DNA of 64,000 nucleotides from a virus: IMG/VR virus record IMGVR_UViG_3300045988_169645; one strand, 5' to 3'. Shown piece by piece: positions 29,463 to 39,285 of this stretch (position 1 is its first letter; each line of letters starts with the position of its first letter). The notes under the pieces were generated by a model. It saw only the letters and a program-made list of their open reading frames with translations, ran no database searches and was not told where the DNA came from. The position numbers and the translations under genes were made by a program.

Positions 29463-30939
29463 TAACTACCCCTTTCTTTACAAAATAACAATAAAAATCT
29501 GAATCATATAAACATTCATATTCATCATTACTTGCTAAATATTCGTATAAAGTGTTATTCACATTATAGTAATCAATTAAGGTATTATTCTTTGGAAATA
29601 CAAACTTTGTAAGTCCATAATAATCAATCACCTGTTTAATTTGTGAATCAGAACCACAGTATAATATAAGATAACTGTCGAGAAATCTCTGCCTTGTAAG
29701 AGGGAAAGCACCATGTCTAAACGACTGTAACCCCAAAGACCACACATCAATTTCTTCTGTATATAAACCAGTACAATCATCCTTATTTGTTTCAACTAAT
29801 AACTGTTTTAACTCATCATCTGTATAATCCATTGCATAATCTTCTGCATAATTTTTAGAACTAAATGTACTTATAGTTACTAAAATTGCAAGACCTACAA
29901 AAAATAAGCTAATGTAACTTAATTGTTCCTTATTAAACTTCTTACAAGTAACACTAGCATCTAAAGCTAATGATGTAAAAAATGGAACTAAATATACTAG
30001 CTGTCTTATCGACTCAAGACCTAAGAAGATGACAATGAATAACATTACAACATCAAATAAGTGCTCTTTAAGATTTACTTTATATAATGTGATAATACAC
30101 ATAAATATCAATACAGCACATAAAACTCCAACAGCTGTCTTAGCATCTAATGCTTTCCAATCCAAAATGTATTCTTTCATAGTCTTATCACTATTATGTA
30201 GTAAATTAAATGCTACAAGCTTATATCCATAAGGATTTATTAAAGTGCTTGCTAAGTAACCTACCCCGTAAAGTAATATCTTTTTCTCATCTCGTAAATT
30301 TATCAGCCAATAAATACCTGCTACCCCAAAGTACAAAGGGATGCTACCTGAATGCATATTATTCCAAAATAAAAGTAAAATCAACATATAGATAAAATAT
30401 TTATTTGACTTACTTCTTTTATACTGCTTCAAAAACATCACTTCAAGTAAAAGAAAACCTACACTTATACAATAAGCTTTTACCTTGAGAAATACAACAC
30501 TAAGTAGGAAATAAAACACAAGCAATTCGATAGTTGAAACGATATTTAATTCCTTTTTCTCAGACCTTATATAAAACGTGGTACAAGTTGCTAAAAATAA
30601 TGAAATCAAAAGCTTCATAAGCGATATGCCTTTGATACCTACAAGAGATGTTAAGTAAAATAAGATATTAGTCAACCATTCATGGTCGTAGTAAGCGGAA
30701 ATGCCTAAACTACCCCATGATTGGTTGTAAATTCCATTAAAATCTCCATTCTTAACAATCTGTCTACCTAGGTCTACCTGCCAATAATAATCAAAATCTG
30801 CAAGTCCCGAATAAACACTTAATGCAAAAATAGCAAATATGCAAATATAAAACCAATTACTGCATATTTTCTCGTATATCTTTAAACCTTTCAACTTCAC
30901 TACAAATCTCCCTAACTTTACTTGTATCAAACCAATCAT
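29449..30939 (-). CDS. polytopic integral membrane protein (about 10 TM helices) with C-terminal soluble domain
   Basis: Many hydrophobic segments. Family not recognised (Wzy/O-antigen-ligase-like topology is only a guess). Confidence 0.45.
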   Translation of the reverse strand: MIGLIQVKLGRFVVKLKGLKIYEKICSNWFYICIFAIFALSVYSGLADFDYYWQVDLGRQIVKNGDFNGIYNQSWGSLGISAYYDHEWLTNILFYLTSLVGIKGISLMKLLISLFLATCTTFYIRSEKKELNIVSTIELLVFYFLLSVVFLKVKAYCISVGFLLLEVMFLKQYKRSKSNKYFIYMLILLLFWNNMHSGSIPLYFGVAGIYWLINLRDEKKILLYGVGYLASTLINPYGYKLVAFNLLHNSDKTMKEYILDWKALDAKTAVGVLCAVLIFMCIITLYKVNLKEHLFDVVMLFIVIFLGLESIRQLVYLVPFFTSLALDASVTCKKFNKEQLSYISLFFVGLAILVTISTFSSKNYAEDYAMDYTDDELKQLLVETNKDDCTGLYTEEIDVWSLGLQSFRHGAFPLTRQRFLDSYLILYCGSDSQIKQVIDYYGLTKFVFPKNNTLIDYYNVNNTLYEYLASNDEYECLYDSDFYCYFVKKGVVNATK

Positions 30940-31570
30940 CTGTTCTAACTGAACTTTCCATGTCTAACCAATAGTCTACATCATATTCCATTCTTCCCTC
31001 AATGTAGCCTAAAATATATGCTACATTACTAATACTTATGCCACCTGCATAACCCATATATTCATCTCCATCGGACACATAATTAAAACACCCAAGCTTT
31101 CCGTGTCCACCTGAATAATCAATTAATGCAGATACTTTATTTGGATTAAGTCTATTCATATCCCAAAAATAATTATAACTTTTAGCATCTGAAACCTGAA
31201 TAATAATCTTGATATCCTCTTCAATATAAAAAGGCTTGAAACCATCATATCCTCTAATATTTAACTGAAATCTTGAAAGCTTATCAACTCTTTCCTGACC
31301 TAAAAAGTCTCTAATTTCAGAGAAATCGCCAGTATGAACATAATGTCTTGCAAGCTCACCGCAAATATGACAAGAAATACTAGGTAAGTTGGCATTTAAA
31401 ACTTTATCAATAGTTTCAAAACTTGGAAATCTATTTGCTTTATCTGCATCAGTATTACTTGTACTTACAAGAATACCAAATTCTATATTACTATATCTAT
31501 TTGCGAGAATCTGTAAAGCTGTGAGTGAGGTTTTATTATCTACCCCAGTGAATGTTATAATCTTTTTCAT
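30857..31570 (-). CDS. phosphoribosylanthranilate-isomerase (TrpF)-like TIM-barrel protein
   Basis: IITFTGV ... FGILVS ... LIDYSGGHGK ... AGGISISNVAYIL ... WLDMESSV parallels TrpF conserved blocks. Confidence 0.35.
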   Translation of the reverse strand: MKKIITFTGVDNKTSLTALQILANRYSNIEFGILVSTSNTDADKANRFPSFETIDKVLNANLPSISCHICGELARHYVHTGDFSEIRDFLGQERVDKLSRFQLNIRGYDGFKPFYIEEDIKIIIQVSDAKSYNYFWDMNRLNPNKVSALIDYSGGHGKLGCFNYVSDGDEYMGYAGGISISNVAYILGYIEGRMEYDVDYWLDMESSVRTDDWFDTSKVREICSEVERFKDIRENMQ

Positions 31571-31624
31571 TTTAAACCTCCTATAAGAAAAGCCTTATAC
31601 TTAAGTAAGGCTTAACTCTACTAT

Positions 31625-33565
31625 TTAAATATCATCTGTTGACTGAACCTCAGACACAAAGCCATACTTCATAATATCCTTACGCAAGAAATCTCTAGCC
31701 TGTACAAGCAACTTTGACATATCTCCATCAAGCTTATCTGCATTCCACAGACCTGAACGCAACTGCTGGAAACCTGCATCCCAAGCGTCTAATGAACCCT
31801 TATAATTAACTGTCTTACGAGCATCATAAGTAGCTAATGTATAAGTTTTACACCAATCATAAAGCTGTCTAACTTCTGGTGACCAAACTGGCTCGCATTC
31901 CTTGATAACCTCCTGCATAAACAACTGACCTTCTGTAGGTGGATTTGCTTCCAAATCAGCCAGAATTACTGGGTCTGTACAGTTTGCTTGAACTTCCTCA
32001 GGTGTTAAGAAGAAGAAATTATTTCTGATATTAATAACCTCTCTCGTTTCTTCTGGTAAAGCAAGCTGGTCTCCCCAAGATACCCCTCGAATGGAACTCA
32101 TCATTGACTTATACTCGAATAAGAAAATTGGAATAGCATTCTTTAACCAAAGGTCATAACCCTCTACATTAATATCTGGCTCTGAAATATCTTTCTTTGC
32201 AATACTCCAATCTGCTTCATAAATGCGTCTAAATGTATAAGAAGAAACTGCCCTCCAGAAATTCTCCTTAACAATAGGTTCATACTGAATTGAACTTGGC
32301 ATAGACATAACTGCTGACTGGTCTGAGCTTCTAGTCATTGTATCCTGCGACATAAGGATACCCCAAAGGTCTTTTCTAGCTTTCACACGTTTATGAGCTA
32401 CTTTCTCAAAAACATCTCCACCCTTAAATGTAAGATGTGAAGTCATAAGTGGGAACTCTGCTTTAGGTACTGCCTTATCATCAGAATGTACCCAAGTTGA
32501 AAGTTTCTTACGAGGCGGTGCATAAAGAACTTTACCTTCAGTTCCGATTGTGCCATCTGGCGTAATAAACTTCTTGTCGAGAAGAATATCTTTATGATAA
32601 TCTACCCCTGCTTCGTTCATATAGCCACCCCTTGACTTCCAAATAGTAGCACCAATACCCCATAGAATTGAGTCTGAGGTATCACTAAATTCCTGAGCTG
32701 AAATACACATACCATCAATAAATTCAAAACAATGTTCAAAATGCTTTAAAAGAATATTAGCACCTGCTCCAGTGAACCATGTCAGAGGTCCGAAAACGCA
32801 ATAGTAAACATTTTTCAACTCATGCTGTGCGACCATATTCATAACCTGAAAACAGAACTGATAGAATAAATCATAAGACGGTTTACTAAAATCTGCCCAA
32901 TCATAGATAGCTAAACCATTCTTATCATTCATAAACTTACCTACTTGAGTAGCATTAGCCTGACCTGTTTTATAAGGTGGATTGCATAGAAATACAAGAG
33001 GTTCATCTTTACTAATAACTTCCTGCAACTTCTTTGGTAAAGTATGAAGAAACTCATTACTTAAACCATCATCGCAAGCCTTTAAGAAATCCAACTGGAA
33101 AATATGTGCTCCCTGCAACTCTGGCATCTTTAATGCTGCATCAACGTCAGCCTGCTGTATCGATGAAGCAAATAAATGATCTGGTGTAATTCTTGCTGTT
33201 CTAATCAAGTTTGCTGAACCAAATGAATTTTCCCAAACATTCATCTCAGTCCTCCAATTCGGGATATACTTATCCATGTATGAATGAAGCTCTTCTGCCC
33301 AGCATATCGGGGTATAGAACTCCCCTTTAAGTTTACGGTCTTCCTCATCAAAGAATGATTTGATAACATCTTTACTCATTTTGAACTGCTCTACGGAAAT
33401 ATCATTCTTAACTAATGTATTCACTAAACTATGAATTAACCACAAATCACCAGTCTGGTCATCTAAACTACCCATAAGAGCTTCATCTAAATCTGTATAA
33501 AACTGACTCCAATCATTTCCTGTTGTTTCTACATAATAAGCAACAACTAACTTTGCTAATTTCAT
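31625..33565 (-). CDS. orphan N6-adenine DNA methyltransferase-like protein (gamma-class motif order) with large C-terminal domain
   Basis: GEFYTP (motif X) ... ENSFGSANLI (degenerate motif I) ... FLCNPPYK (motif IV, NPPY). No adjacent restriction-endonuclease gene. Confidence 0.6.
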   Translation of the reverse strand: MKLAKLVVAYYVETTGNDWSQFYTDLDEALMGSLDDQTGDLWLIHSLVNTLVKNDISVEQFKMSKDVIKSFFDEEDRKLKGEFYTPICWAEELHSYMDKYIPNWRTEMNVWENSFGSANLIRTARITPDHLFASSIQQADVDAALKMPELQGAHIFQLDFLKACDDGLSNEFLHTLPKKLQEVISKDEPLVFLCNPPYKTGQANATQVGKFMNDKNGLAIYDWADFSKPSYDLFYQFCFQVMNMVAQHELKNVYYCVFGPLTWFTGAGANILLKHFEHCFEFIDGMCISAQEFSDTSDSILWGIGATIWKSRGGYMNEAGVDYHKDILLDKKFITPDGTIGTEGKVLYAPPRKKLSTWVHSDDKAVPKAEFPLMTSHLTFKGGDVFEKVAHKRVKARKDLWGILMSQDTMTRSSDQSAVMSMPSSIQYEPIVKENFWRAVSSYTFRRIYEADWSIAKKDISEPDINVEGYDLWLKNAIPIFLFEYKSMMSSIRGVSWGDQLALPEETREVINIRNNFFFLTPEEVQANCTDPVILADLEANPPTEGQLFMQEVIKECEPVWSPEVRQLYDWCKTYTLATYDARKTVNYKGSLDAWDAGFQQLRSGLWNADKLDGDMSKLLVQARDFLRKDIMKYGFVSEVQSTDDI

Positions 33566-33578
33566 CTAAATTAACCTC

Positions 33579-34154
33579 CTAAAAAATATAATCGCTATCT
33601 TTTCGTGTGGGTAAATATAAATTATTAGGTAAATCAATACTTACACTCGAAATAGCAACTGTTTTGCAACATTTATCTATAATCAAGGGTAACTCAATTA
33701 CCCCTAATTTCAAAGAATTGTGAGAAATATCTCTACAATAACCATATAAGTCTACTTTATTTACCCAAGCCAGTTTATATAGTTCTTCAGCGACAACTAC
33801 TTTCTTTACATTATTAAATCTGCAAACAATTGGTGTCTTTGCTGACACTACTTTGCAAACTCTTACTTCATCATAAAAACCTGAGCCTCCAACAGCACAT
33901 CGACCTATAAACTGATAGAAGTCATCACTAACATTATGGTTGATTGTAATAGACTTATCGAATCTACCCCAAGAATATGTATGTGCATCAGAATCCATCA
34001 AGAGGACTTCGTCATCAGCGGATAAACTATCAATTTTCAAAGTACCTACAATATAGTCATCAAACTTAATGTCGTATAAAATACGCTCAAGATTGCGACT
34101 ACAACCCTTTCTCTGCCTGACTATAACATCTGTGTCAGAATCATAAACTTGCAT
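33579..34154 (-). CDS. hypothetical protein
   Basis: 191 aa ORF. Confidence 0.45.
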   Translation of the reverse strand: MQVYDSDTDVIVRQRKGCSRNLERILYDIKFDDYIVGTLKIDSLSADDEVLLMDSDAHTYSWGRFDKSITINHNVSDDFYQFIGRCAVGGSGFYDEVRVCKVVSAKTPIVCRFNNVKKVVVAEELYKLAWVNKVDLYGYCRDISHNSLKLGVIELPLIIDKCCKTVAISSVSIDLPNNLYLPTRKDSDYIF

Positions 34155-34240
34155 AATATCCCTCCAAAAATAAAAGCACTGAAAACTATTTTTTATACAA
34201 TAGCTTCAGTGCTTTCTCGACAAAATCAGAAATCAATGAT

Positions 34241-35284
34241 TTATAATAAATTAACTACTCTTGCACTATCCTTTGAGTTGAAGTAATCTCCTTGCGACTC
34301 CTTATCAAAGGCTGAGTATAAAATCACACTCTTGCAGAACTCATCAAACTGCTCATCTGTAATCCCCTGAAAATTCTTCTTAAACTGCGGTGCGACCTTA
34401 TTCATAATGTCTTTGAACTGCCTCAGATAGTCTAACTGGCTCTCAATAGTGCCTACTTCATAATTTCTATGAACATACAAGCAATTCTTAGTCTCTGTAG
34501 ATGTGTCCTTATATAAAGGAATTAAACTTGTACCCTTTGCAGTAATGACTGTAAAAGTATCGTTTAAAGCCATAGAATAATTACCCTTGACAAGACGATA
34601 CAAAAGATAGCCAAGATTAAAGTAGTCTAAGAAACATAACATTATAGCCGAAAAGAACTGCTTTAAAGTCATATTATAGCAACTACCCCTTACTGTACCA
34701 TCAACCGTATCTAATTGTCTTACTAAAGAAATACCGAATACCTTAGTATCGTTTACCCTCTCATAAGAATTACCAACTAAATATGCATTTCCATACTGAA
34801 TGAGCATAGGAGTTAAAGTTCTCAAAGTAATACTTTGCTCAACTTTATTTCCAGACTCCTCGATTATATAACCGTCAAAATGCTTATCCTGAAACAAGTC
34901 TAACAGAGTAAAAGCATTATACTGAGCAGGAATACAAGTACCTAAATCATCTGTTGTATTCGATAATACTGACAACTGATAATTCATTATTGAGTACATA
35001 GCTTCTTTAGACTTAGTCTTTCTTGCTGTATATGTTCGCTTAGAACCCTTCATCTTAAGAGTATCAAGGATACTGTTAATATCTAAACCAGTAGATTTCT
35101 GAAGTTCTGCCTTACTTAAAGCACTTGGTTTATTCTTGCTCATATAAACATTTAAGAAACTAGAACATAACTCCTTATCAGAGAAGTTTGCAACTGAACT
35201 ACCTCCTAATTGTCTGATAGTTGCTACTAAAGCACTACTACCAGTTTCTGCTAAACTTACGACATCTTTATACTGTAAATCCAT
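34241..35284 (-). CDS. hypothetical protein
   Basis: 347 aa ORF. Confidence 0.45.
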   Translation of the reverse strand: MDLQYKDVVSLAETGSSALVATIRQLGGSSVANFSDKELCSSFLNVYMSKNKPSALSKAELQKSTGLDINSILDTLKMKGSKRTYTARKTKSKEAMYSIMNYQLSVLSNTTDDLGTCIPAQYNAFTLLDLFQDKHFDGYIIEESGNKVEQSITLRTLTPMLIQYGNAYLVGNSYERVNDTKVFGISLVRQLDTVDGTVRGSCYNMTLKQFFSAIMLCFLDYFNLGYLLYRLVKGNYSMALNDTFTVITAKGTSLIPLYKDTSTETKNCLYVHRNYEVGTIESQLDYLRQFKDIMNKVAPQFKKNFQGITDEQFDEFCKSVILYSAFDKESQGDYFNSKDSARVVNLL

Positions 35285-35285
35285 A

Positions 35286-36257
35286 TCAAATCACCTTCAA
35301 AATCAATTTGTAGTCTGCACCATTCAGTTCAGAGTCTACATTGTGTAAAGTATTTCTCACGATTTCAGATGGAAGATGCTTAATATCTGACTTAACACCT
35401 GACATAAGTAACCTTGCACAAGCACCATACAGAAGATTTACTTCATCTGTATTATTTCTGTGATTATTCATCTGCGTAAACACTTTATCAATATCTTCAT
35501 CAGTGACTGTAGATGTTGCTGTAACGACCTCGAAACCTTTCTCAGTCTTTGTGTAAACAACCAACTTAGCTAACTGTTCACTGTCATATTCGCTCTTATA
35601 ATCCAATTTCTTGATAGTATCTGCAATATTTCCCTTACAAACACAACCTGCAATTTCTAAACAAGTTTTTACTAATCTGAAATTCTCTGGACAAGATTTA
35701 ATACCTCTCGTGATAATCTTGCCATCTGGTTTCTTGTAACCTACTAAAGTGTACTTCGAAGAATTTTTCAAGTATTTATCTACCTCTGAGAAATCAAAAA
35801 TACTAACCTCTACCTGACTCTCCTCTTTCACAGGAGCTACTGGTGTCATATTTTTCTGTAAAGTCTTCATGAACAAATCCATATCATTTAATACACATTC
35901 AGAAATGACCTGTTCAGCCTGCTTCTCTAATGACTTCTCCATATTCTCTAATTTTTCAATCTGAACTGATAAAGCACATTTATCTAATTCATATTTTCCC
36001 GTCTTAAACTGAATATCATCTCTTACCCTATTTAAGCTACACTTAATTGAAGATAAAGACTCCTTAAGTTTTATATGTCTTTCTTTCAACTTCTCAATTT
36101 CAGCAACTACGCTCTTAATAGATGCCTCAGTCTCGCTTAACTCTGCCTGTAAAGATGACTCAGAACTTACTAACCGTTCATTAGTTTCTAAGTAATCTTT
36201 TGTTAACTGCTCTAACTGCTTATTTAACTCAACAATCTTCTGCCTGTAATCCATCAA
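35286..36257 (-). CDS. hypothetical coiled-coil protein
   Basis: N-terminal 130 aa heptad-like, rich in Glu/Lys/Leu. Confidence 0.45.
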   Translation of the reverse strand: MMDYRQKIVELNKQLEQLTKDYLETNERLVSSESSLQAELSETEASIKSVVAEIEKLKERHIKLKESLSSIKCSLNRVRDDIQFKTGKYELDKCALSVQIEKLENMEKSLEKQAEQVISECVLNDMDLFMKTLQKNMTPVAPVKEESQVEVSIFDFSEVDKYLKNSSKYTLVGYKKPDGKIITRGIKSCPENFRLVKTCLEIAGCVCKGNIADTIKKLDYKSEYDSEQLAKLVVYTKTEKGFEVVTATSTVTDEDIDKVFTQMNNHRNNTDEVNLLYGACARLLMSGVKSDIKHLPSEIVRNTLHNVDSELNGADYKLILKVI

Positions 36258-36337
36258 AATAAGCCTCTCCTTTCATATTTATTTTACAAGAACATTATAA
36301 CATAAATATGTAAAAAAGTCAAGGCTTTTTTCAATAG

Positions 36338-36622
36338 TTATAAACAAAGAAAAGCAGACAAAATAACTGCCAGTACAAGCAAACCCCATTTAATTCTTTC
36401 AAAGTTATTAGTATCTCGTTTCATAAAAATCAAACCAAGAACACCAACTAATGTGAAGATTACACCAAATGGCAAGCACCACTTCATCGAAATCATATGA
36501 AAACTTTCCAGTAAAAAGTTTCCTGACTTACATAGGTCTAAATATGGTAAATTATAAAAGAACGTTGCAAAATTATATAAGTGCCATATACCTGCTAATA
36601 AAAGTAATATGAAAACTACCAT
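36338..36622 (-). CDS. small membrane protein (3 TM)
   Basis: 94 aa, hydrophobic. Confidence 0.4.
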   Translation of the reverse strand: MVVFILLLLAGIWHLYNFATFFYNLPYLDLCKSGNFLLESFHMISMKWCLPFGVIFTLVGVLGLIFMKRDTNNFERIKWGLLVLAVILSAFLCL

Positions 36623-37260
36623 AGAAAACTACCCCCTTTATCGAAACCATTTTTCATACAGTATATGAACTTATCTGCATCACTTGTTACCATAAACTCT
36701 ATAAGTTCTAAAGGACTTAATGCTATATTTTCCATTGCACTTTCTGTAACCGTATAAGTGTACCAAGTAAGTATTGCATTATAAAACTCAAATATCTCAG
36801 ATGGTATATGATATAATAACTCATCATCTGTGTAAGTAAATAAAAGTCTTATACCTAAATCCTTTAAATCCTTGCAAGCTACATCACTTAAATCAAGGTC
36901 TTCTTTCAAACTCTTCCAAAGGCTACCCCACTGATTTCTAATTTTACGCTTGATAGAATCATCTGGTTTATCAATACTTCTTATAAGTGGCTCACACATA
37001 TCTACAAATCTTGTCATACCGTAATACTGACTGTGCATATCATAATATACATCCTTATATATACGTGGAATCGAGTATGCAGAACACTTATAATCTTTTA
37101 AGCTAGAATTAAGCTGTCTTAATCTTTCAATAAAACTCTTTCTCCCCATTTCCGTTGTGAAGTAGTTATTGAAAATCTTTAAACTACCCCACTTTCGGAT
37201 ATCGCTTACCGAAAACTGCAAACTATTCACCACCTTTACGTAAAGCTTCAAGAACTCCAA
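36616..37260 (-). CDS. hypothetical protein
   Basis: 214 aa ORF. Confidence 0.45.
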   Translation of the reverse strand: MEFLKLYVKVVNSLQFSVSDIRKWGSLKIFNNYFTTEMGRKSFIERLRQLNSSLKDYKCSAYSIPRIYKDVYYDMHSQYYGMTRFVDMCEPLIRSIDKPDDSIKRKIRNQWGSLWKSLKEDLDLSDVACKDLKDLGIRLLFTYTDDELLYHIPSEIFEFYNAILTWYTYTVTESAMENIALSPLELIEFMVTSDADKFIYCMKNGFDKGGSFLW

Positions 37261-38155
37261 GAAATTCAGTAGCTGTCACGATTTTAATATCAAGACCTTT
37301 CTCATTGTACGCTCTAGCCTTCTTTACTTTATTTGTAACCTGTGCAGGTTTACCATCAGCCCCTGCCCATACAAGATACTCAGTTTTCTTTGTAACTGAA
37401 TTACCAAATTCAATATGTAAATTTCCATAAAGATTATTACAGGTTGCATAGAAATCTGCTTTTGTTCTAAACTCTCCTCCAACTTCAGTAGAGCAAACTG
37501 CTCGAATAGTTGTCATCTCTCCTGTATGAATTTTAATAATCTCTACTGAATCAAGAGCGTCAAACAAATCTGATTTGAAAGTCATAAGTGAATCATATAC
37601 TTTCAACGCTCTTACAGAAACATCTTCTGTATCCTTAGCTTTTATATCAAGCTTGTCTCGAACATACTCTACCCCTCCTGCTTCGATAGCCTTGTAAGCC
37701 TCGCCCAAATCATCATAACCATCAAACAAAGCAAAAGCACTGGTTTGAATATATGGTAGATTTGCTACACGAATGTACTCTGCAAGAGTAAACTTATTTC
37801 TTGCCCTAAACTGATTAGCAATTTTCTTACTAACATCCAAGCTAATATCTTCTGCCATCTGACCATCTTCATCTGGGTCATAACAGAATACAAGTAAAGG
37901 ATTATTCATACCAAAATTAGCTATAAACTTCTCTGCTCGTGCTGCACCTAAATCCTTAACCCCAAGAGATGAAGCTATTGCAACAAGTCTTTGAGCTACC
38001 TTACTTAAACACTTTGGATTACTACAGTGTAATCCTGTAAGAGCTTCACTCATTTCTGTAGGCATTCCACATACTGGACAAGTCTGTGGTAAACAATCAT
38101 AAAACTCGTCAGCAAATAAGGGTGTTCTATTTTCACAAAATACATTAACTAACAT
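37223..38155 (-). CDS. NAD-dependent DNA ligase C-terminal-like protein (Zn-finger + HhH + BRCT, no adenylation domain)
   Basis: CPVCGMPTEMSEALTGLHCSNPKC (LigA-type C4 zinc finger). LGVKDLGAARAEKFIANFG (HhH). KKTEYLVWAGADGKPAQVTNKVKKARAYNEKGLDIKIVTATEFLGVL (BRCT). Confidence 0.55.
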   Translation of the reverse strand: MLVNVFCENRTPLFADEFYDCLPQTCPVCGMPTEMSEALTGLHCSNPKCLSKVAQRLVAIASSLGVKDLGAARAEKFIANFGMNNPLLVFCYDPDEDGQMAEDISLDVSKKIANQFRARNKFTLAEYIRVANLPYIQTSAFALFDGYDDLGEAYKAIEAGGVEYVRDKLDIKAKDTEDVSVRALKVYDSLMTFKSDLFDALDSVEIIKIHTGEMTTIRAVCSTEVGGEFRTKADFYATCNNLYGNLHIEFGNSVTKKTEYLVWAGADGKPAQVTNKVKKARAYNEKGLDIKIVTATEFLGVLEALRKGGE

Positions 38156-38230
38156 ACATAATATCTCCTTATATAAAATAATTTATAGTAATTATACTGT
38201 AAATCAAGTAATAAATTATGGTTATACAAG

Positions 38231-38320
38231 CTAACCCTTTGACTTACCGTGAAGTATCTTATGCTTTAACCAAGAACTGAAAATCATCCAAAGTGTTAAG
38301 CCTATAACTACTCCTATCAT
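38231..38320 (-). CDS. possible 29-aa hydrophobic micro-protein
   Basis: MIGVVIGLTLWMIFSSWLKHKILHGKSKG. ATG overlaps the upstream TGA (ATGA), with a GGAGG ribosome-binding site 9 nt upstream. Confidence 0.25.
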   Translation of the reverse strand: MIGVVIGLTLWMIFSSWLKHKILHGKSKG

Positions 38321-38769
38321 TTACCTTCCTCCTGTGGTATTAAAATTCTACCATATTCATTATCCTGATAAGAAACCTCAGACACACTTGTTGAATCTAC
38401 ATAAGAAATATATGCTGACTTTGATACTGTTGAGTCATCTGTATAAGTTACAGTTACATCAACTACTGTAGGTAAGTCTGCTTTATCCTTTAAAGCATCA
38501 AGTGTATAATCAACATCGTCAATAGTTACTGTAACTAACTTAACAGTTGCACTAGCACTCTCTGTTTCTTCATTATTTACATACTCAATACTATTAACAT
38601 AATCATCAAGCTGTCTACCCCTGATTGTGTAAGTAACGAACCAAATACCTACACAAATTAAAGCAAACACTCCGATAGTTAAGAAACCAATCATTCTTCT
38701 AGAACCTACGGCTTCTCTCTCAAGTTCCTCCTCTCGCTCTTTCTGCTTAATCTCATCTGAATTACTCAT
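38317..38769 (-). CDS. N-terminally membrane-anchored hypothetical protein
   Basis: TM helix MIGFLTIGVFALICVGIWFV. Thr/Val-rich beta-like C-terminal part. Confidence 0.45.
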   Translation of the reverse strand: MSNSDEIKQKEREEELEREAVGSRRMIGFLTIGVFALICVGIWFVTYTIRGRQLDDYVNSIEYVNNEETESASATVKLVTVTIDDVDYTLDALKDKADLPTVVDVTVTYTDDSTVSKSAYISYVDSTSVSEVSYQDNEYGRILIPQEEGK

Positions 38770-39283
38770 TTTCTCTTCTCACCTTTCTTAAAAACTCTAA
38801 TGCTGCATTAAAATCTTCATCATCGAAATCATTGCTACAAAGAGCCTTAATCGATGATTTAATTTTATTCTCCTGATTAACAAGACCTTTCACACCATAT
38901 TTTGCCAATGTATCATATACAATAAGGTCTGTAATACAAATAGCCTGTAAATCGGCTTCTGTTAAATTATCTAAGGTAGTTTTAATAAAGTCTATAAACT
39001 CCCATTCCTTAGCTGTCATAGGTACACTATAGAGATAGAAACTACCCCTAGAAGTTAAAGAAATTCGACCACTTTCTACCTTTACCTTATTTTCGTTTAT
39101 AACCTGACTAAGTAGATTATCAAGACCTCTACAGGATAAACCAGCTGTATTGATTTTATATCTAAACTTATAATCTAAACCTGCTATCTGATAAATGTAA
39201 ACATAATAAATCAATTTTCCTGACTCTAAACCATCAGAACAAGATTGCACTATACTAAATAAAGCATCATCAGTTGTGTACAT
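38762..39283 (-). CDS. hypothetical protein
   Basis: 173 aa ORF. Confidence 0.45.
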   Translation of the reverse strand: MYTTDDALFSIVQSCSDGLESGKLIYYVYIYQIAGLDYKFRYKINTAGLSCRGLDNLLSQVINENKVKVESGRISLTSRGSFYLYSVPMTAKEWEFIDFIKTTLDNLTEADLQAICITDLIVYDTLAKYGVKGLVNQENKIKSSIKALCSNDFDDEDFNAALEFLRKVRRENE

Positions 39284-39285
39284 AC

